DNA from: Prorocentrum cordatum
Taxonomy: Eukaryota
Direction of reading: 5' to 3'
Length of the DNA: 54,389 bases
NCBI GenBank assembly: GCA_963575745.1
Contig: CAUYUJ010000246.1
Span: 62,001 to 116,389, forward strand
Positions 49,001-54,389 of this stretch are shown here, piece by piece. The notes under the pieces are model-generated. The model did not search any database. It was not told the origin of the DNA and worked only from the letters and a program-made list of their open reading frames with translations. A program made the translations under genes and the position numbers. Positions within the stretch are counted from its first letter, which is position 1; every line of letters begins with the position of its first letter.

Positions 49001-50723
49001 TTGGTTCTTATGGCAAAGGATGGGCGCTGCACGTGCGTGATGTACAATTCTCTTATCGCGTTGAGATCGCAGTGGCCTGGGCATACGCAAGAAGTGGAAG
49101 GAACCCATAATATTCTACAGTGTATGGCGAAGCGTGCGCCTGCCATGTTGCAGCCACTCGCGAACGCTAGACTGTCTCTCAAAAAAGGTGAACGCCCGAC
49201 TCCTCCAGACTGCGTCGTGTTGCATCATCAGGTACTTGCATACGAGAACACACCCACGTGCAATACAAGGTTCGCGCCACTTCACATTGTAGAGCATGCT
49301 GATCCTGCGAAAGAGCGACCAACGACGTACACGTTGCCACTGCTGCGTGCTGGGTTTATTGCTCGCTCTGTGAAGACTGAATTTGGTATCGGTGCTGGCG
49401 CCGCGATGAAGCTGCTGGTTAATTGCGAAGACCTGGCTGAAGTGGACCACGGAGGGTCGGCATACCTTTGGGCACATGGGTTCCGCAGTGCACTGTATTC
49501 AGTTTGTGGCGACATTCAAGCACACAATGGTACTATAATGTTTTATCTATCGGAGCCCTTGGTTATAGAGCGAGTTCTGGATGTGGTAGCGAGCATCATA
49601 CAAGATATCGATCGACGTACTGCTGCTGATGTTTGTGTCCTCAAGTACCCATTGGTTTGGATATCGCGCACATCTGCAATTGCCAGAGTTCACGACATGT
49701 CCATTCACAAATTCCGATTGAAGAAGATAATCAGCAGAAAGAGATTCAGGGATGAGGCTGGGCCTGCAGACGGCGCTATAGCGGATGAGCCAGAGGGAGA
49801 GATCGACATTGTTGACTTGCAAGATGAACTTGAGAAGCTTCTGGAAGCTGACGGTGCTGGCATCGATGACAGCAGGGAGCCGCGCGACGGACCCCCGTCG
49901 AGCTCAGATGGGGATGATGGGGATGACGCCGACGACGAGTCGGACTCTGATCCTGAGCACCTAGAGCCACCTGAATTAGGATCACCAGCATGCGCAGCTT
50001 CAGGAGTTAGGCTCGCGCCTCCAGTGGTCGCGCTGGCGCCAGTGCACCCCATTGATGCACTTGGCGAGGCGGACCGCTTGAACGTGCTGCGTGCTTGCAT
50101 GGACAGTTGCAGAGCAGGCTTCCACGCAGTCGGTGAAGCTAACGTAGCAGCCGACACGCATAGCTCAGGCGAGCTGGCAGATGGCACGATCTCTTTGATC
50201 AGTTCGGAGGTTGGTGATGAGACCAGGGTGCTCTTCGTGAAATGGAGTAATGCGAAAAACAGAGATGGGCGGCCTGTTAGCTTGGACAAGTTGGGCCGAG
50301 TAAAATGGCTGGTGCCTGCCAGGAGAGGCGCCCGTCCTGGCGGTCTTGGCGTCCCCGAGGAGAGCTACGCAGGTTGCAAAATCCTGATTGGCAAGGTGCC
50401 AGTTACCATGTGGAAAACGACTGCCAAGGGGGGAGGGCCAATGCCAGAGTGGTGTTTGTGCCTTCGCAACGCGTGCGAAGCGAATTCTTTGTAGCGGACC
50501 CGTAGTGGTCCAGGACGACCAGTCCCCATGCGTTTTGTGCGGGGCGGTCAAAGTGGATGGGTGCCCTTTACTTGATGACAGCTACACGTGTTCCAGCTGT
50601 TGTTTGTTGTGGCACCCATCTTGCTCACGATGGGCCGCGCCCAAATGGGGCGTGGACTGCGACAAGTTTATGATGGCCCCTTGGATGTGCCCAGCCTGCG
50701 AATCAGCATACGCAGCAGGTTGA
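46020..50723 (+). CDS. Intron-containing hAT-like DDE transposase with C-terminal PHD finger (exons ~46020-47690, 47911-47952, 48440-50723; frameshift near 50490)
   Basis: Motif order LADATS, LDKGPD, WCSLH (CxxH), GRWCS (RW), TQEVEGTHN (catalytic E region). PHD pattern CVLC..CSSC..WHPSC..WMCPAC. Phase-0 introns GC..AG (47691-47910) and GT..AG (47953-48439) join the frames. Confidence 0.7.
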
Positions 50724-50754
50724 GGCTTGGGGCCGCACGCGCTGAAAGACAACA

Positions 50755-50831
50755 GCATCATCATCACCATCGTCATCAACAGCATCATCATCACCATCAC
50801 CATCACCATCAACGTCACCATCACCATCACC

Positions 50832-50863
<32 letters not shown>

Positions 50864-50920
50864 CATCATGATCAGCAGCATCAGCATCATCTTCATCACC
50901 AACATCATTATCATCATCAT
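50755..50920 (+). repeat. (CAT/CAC)n microsatellite
   Basis: Direct reading of the sequence. Confidence 0.95.
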
Positions 50921-51537
50921 CCCTCCTCCTAGTCCCTCTATTCCTTCTCCTTCCCCTTCCCCTCAGTCCTCCCCATCCCTCCAGATGATGCCTCATCCCC
51001 CTCCCCCGCATCCCCCTCCTCCTCCTCATGGTCCTGCTCCTCGCTCTTAGGCGTCCTTCCCTTCCCCCCTCCAATCCCGATGGGGTAAGTCAGGTTTTTG
51101 CTTGCGCAGCAGGCTGTGTCTAATGATCGCACAGGTTCGGGGATGCGTCCCACATCAGCGTACCTAAACGATTGGGAGGGGCAGGGGGCATGGGAATGGG
51201 GTCGAGCTCTCTCTTTCTCGCCCCTGCTGTCGGCGCAGGCGTTCGCGACTTCCTGGACCTGCCGATGGCGTGTGCCGCGGCACCCGCGCCTTCGGCGCCC
51301 GCTGCTGCGCTGGGCGGCGGCGATGCGCAGGTCTTGGGGATTCGGATCGGGCTTGCGTGCTCTCGCATTTCCATTTCTGTTCTTGATTCGAAAAAAAAAA
51401 CAACACAACACATATTTGCAGGACACTGAACTGTAGTATTGTGTGTGTTTTGTTTGAGTTGTTTGTGAATTTAACTGCACAGCGTGACATTTTTATTTGA
51501 ATTGTACCAGATACACGTCTGTCGATATATGCTCGTG

Positions 51538-52797
51538 TGGCAGCTGCTGCCAGCTATTGCAGTTGCTCCAAGGGTCCATTTGACAGCTGCTGCCAAATGG
51601 ACCCTTCGAAACAAACGTCCATTTGACAGGAGCTGCCAAATGGGCCCCTAGAGACAGACGTCCATTTGGCAGGAGCTGCCAAATGGACCCCTAGAGACAT
51701 ACGTGCATTTGGCAGGAGCTGCCAAATGGACCCCTAGAGACATACGTTCATTTGGCAGGAGCTGCCAAATGGACCTCTAGCGACAGACGTGCATTTGGCA
51801 GGAGCTGCCAAATGCACGTCTGTCTCTAGGGGTCCATTTGGCAGCTCCTGCCAAATGAACGTCGGCTTCAAGGGGTCCATTTGGCAGCTCCTGCCAAATG
51901 GGGGTCTGTCTCTAGGGGTGCATTTGGCAGCTCCTGCCAAATGCACGTCTGTCTCTAGGGGTCCATTTGGCAGCTCCTGCCAAATGAACGTCGGCTTCAA
52001 GGGGTCCATTTGGCAGCTCCTGCCAAATGGGGGTCTGTCTCTAGGGGTGCATTTGGCAGGTCCTGCCAAATGCACGTCTGTCTCTAGGGGTCCATTTGGC
52101 AGCTCCTGCCAAATCGACCCCTGGGGACGGTCGTAGATTTGGCAGTGGCTGCCAAATGGACCCCTAGAGGCAGACGTGCATTTGGCAGCTCCTGCCAAAT
52201 GCACGTCTGTCTCTGGAGGTCCATTTGGCAGCTCCTGCCAAATGGGCGTCTGTCTCTAGGGGTCCATTTGGCAGCAGCTGCCAAATGCACGTCTGTCTCT
52301 AGTGGTCCGTTTGGCAGCAGCTGCCAAATTGACTCTTAGAGACAGACGTAAATTTGGCAGCAGCTGCCAAATCCACCTCTGCTCTTAAGGGTCCATTTGG
52401 CAGCTGCTGCCAAATGAACGTATGTCTCTAGGGGTCCATTTGGCAGCTCCTGCCAAATGTACGTCTGTCTCTAGGGGTCCGTTTGGCAGCTCCTGCCAAA
52501 TGGGGGTCTGTCTCTAGGGGTGCATTTGGCAGCTCCTGCCAAATGCACGTCTGTCTCTAGGGGCCCATTTGGCAGCTCCTGCCAAATGGGCGTCTGTCTC
52601 TAGGGGTCCATTTGGCAGCTCCTGCCAAATGCACGTCTGTCTCGAGGGGTCCATTTGGCAGCTGCTGCCAAAGCCACGTCTGTCTCGGGGGGTGCATTTG
52701 GCAGCTCCTGCCAAATCGACCTCTGGAGACATACGTAGGTTTGGCAGCAGCTGCCAAATGGACCCCTAGAGATAGACGCGTATTTGGCAGCTGCCGC
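51538..52797. repeat. 43-bp tandem array: 23-bp palindrome CATTTGGCAG-NNN-CTGCCAAATG plus ~20-bp spacer in either orientation
   Basis: Period 43 (51663 to 51706), roughly 29 units. The spacer is GACCCCTAGAGACAGACGT or its reverse complement. Confidence 0.95.
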
Positions 52798-52845
52798 TAG
52801 ATTATGGGGTGTCGGGCGTTGTCCAAACAATATTTTGCCACCGAG

Positions 52846-54087
52846 GTGGCGTCTACGGGCATCGATTTCAGCCAGTTCAAGCACAGCCAAGTGTGGGGCG
52901 ACGGCTTCGCTCGTGCCGAGGACCGTTTCCCAGGGTTCGTGGGCTTGCAGCTCATGGAGATCCTGTTTCACTTCTATCCCATCTCGAAGGGCGCCTCGAT
53001 CAAGTTCATCAACGGCGCAGGGCAGTGGGCCATCTGGAGGGACCCCTTGAACAGCTCTCGCGGGGACGAGGCTACGATAGAGGACCCTGGACCCTGCCGA
53101 ACTTCTAAACGCAGCCACGCAACCATCCTTGACCGTATTACCTTATTTATTCTCTTCATCGCTTTGCTCCTTCTCCTTCTCGTGAAGGATAGGGCCGCCA
53201 GCATCGAGACCGTAGGCTTGCTTCATGGTCTCCGAGGCGGTGCGTGGGTCAGGGCTGGCTCCAAAGATAACGCCATGGGCCCCGCCGCCACCTTCACCAC
53301 GCTCCACTGGGGGTCATTGTGCGACGGCGTCAAGAGGGCCTTCGACCGTGACCCGAAGAAGTTGAATGCGAAGGTCCAGCGCAGCGTTGCCCTCGGCTTG
53401 CAGGACGTCACCGTGTTCCCGTTCGACACCCCGAGGGACGTCTGCGAGAAGCTGGTGTCCTTGGGCAACTCCATGAACAACAAAGCCTTGTCGACCACCT
53501 TCGTCGAGGTTTGCGAGTCGACCGACGTCATCGAGGCGACGTGGGACAAGCAGAAGGAGGATTTTGGCTGGACTCATTCCAGCATCGGGCAGACGGCCAC
53601 GGAGGCCAACAAGAAGGCGATGTTCAAGGCCGCGTTCGATTACCCACGCTGGGACTCCGTCCCGATGTACGAGAATTGCCGCAAGTTCTACGCCGGCGCC
53701 AAGGCCCTGGTCATCAAGCGCGGGTCGGGCGCTGAGGTGGCCTACTGGGATGTGTTCAAGGAGAGCACTGCTAGGGATCGCAACGAACCCCTATTCCGAA
53801 ACATCATGGGGCTGTGGTGGCTGGGGAGGGATTCTTGGGCAGGGCCCCCCCCCGATTCTGCTGCGCCCCACCAGGGGGGGGGCCTCCCCAGCCACTGCAG
53901 CCCAACGTGACGTTTCAGAAGGGGTGGGTTCTTCGAGGAGTGGTGCAAGACCAATGTTGATTTCACGAATAGGGCCGTCGATAACCATCGGGTGATCTTC
54001 GCCAGCTGCTTCGCCATCTTCAAGCGCTTCAAGGACGACCCTTCCATGATGGAGCAGCTGTTCTCGCTCGTGCTGCCTGTGAACAGG
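52846..54087 (+). CDS. Exons of an uncharacterised multi-exon protein gene (probable exons ~52846-53082, 53188-~53760, ~53990-54087)
   Basis: GC3-rich coding-like segments alternate with low-complexity segments bounded by AG|G junctions, e.g. an in-frame 105-bp GA..AG intron candidate at 53083-53187. Product unknown. Confidence 0.5.
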
Positions 54088-54309
54088 CTGCGCAATGGCT
54101 GCGCTGGGGCATGGCGCATGCCGTTGTTGCCCCGACCCGCCCGTCCCCCCTCTTCCCCCGCGGGGGTCGGGGGAGAAGGGGTCAGCCCAGTAGCCGAGAC
54201 CACTTGAGCAAACGCTTCCTTGGAGGATGTGCTTGGGAGGGGAGGAGAAGGGAGGAAATGAGGAACGGAGGGGAGGGAGGTAAACGTGCCAAAGTGGCTC
54301 CCGCAGAGA

Positions 54310-54389
54310 TGGGGGAGGAGGCGGGAGGATGAGGAGGAGGATGAGGAGGAGGAGGAGTAGGGGGAGGAGGAGGAGGAGGAGGAGGAGGA
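54310..54389 (+). repeat. (GGA)n purine microsatellite
   Basis: Direct reading of the sequence. Confidence 0.9.

Noticed and set aside
46020..50723. This gene as the autonomous partner of the A/B elements
   Set aside because: It has DDE/hAT-like motifs, which imply terminal TIRs and 8-bp TSDs. A/B elements have asymmetric subTIRs and no such TSD, and no HUH or helicase motifs were seen.
50582..51074. Poly-His, poly-Met, poly-Ile and poly-Asp ORFs
   Set aside because: Translations of a (CAT)n microsatellite.
44725..51540. Terminal inverted repeats and TSD for the hAT-like gene
   Set aside because: Only short GC-rich partial matches were found; no convincing TIR pair by eye.
51538..52797. 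CRISPR array (palindromic repeat plus spacers)
   Set aside because: Spacers are near-identical copies of one sequence in two orientations, no cas genes are present, and the context is eukaryotic.

Overview
Eukaryotic, repeat-dominated window that is very likely from a dinoflagellate (inferred from a spliced-leader relic TTGGCTCAAG and GC/GA...AG|G introns). No housekeeping gene is recognisable. About 1-44.7 kb is a Russian-doll nest of two related families of non-autonomous elements with Helitron2/Helentron (HINE/DINE-1)-like architecture. Each has an asymmetric ~15-bp subterminal inverted repeat, a GC-rich 3' hairpin with an invariant GGTTGACGG loop, a precise CCAGT end, and inserts at a single T. 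Family A (~1.0-1.2 kb) carries degenerate ~177-bp internal tandem repeats; family B is ~0.35-0.45 kb. The 3' hairpin loop is itself the insertion site of retroelements: five 3' junctions fall at the same stem/loop position. They come from a 5'-truncated LINE (12.9-15.9 kb), a full-length decayed APE-RT LINE with an SL relic at its 5' end (34.0-39.5 kb), a 320-bp SINE-like insert with a 10-bp TSD, and a pair of outward-facing related elements at the edge of a ~10-kb opposite-orientation block. Both LINEs encode an RNase H whose catalytic motifs are in circularly permuted order. The right end holds an intron-containing hAT-like DDE transposase gene with a C-terminal PHD finger, a 43-bp palindrome/spacer array whose spacers flip orientation, and exons of an unknown gene. 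No Rep/helicase (autonomous partner) is visible. All calls are from reading the sequence by eye; no searches were run.
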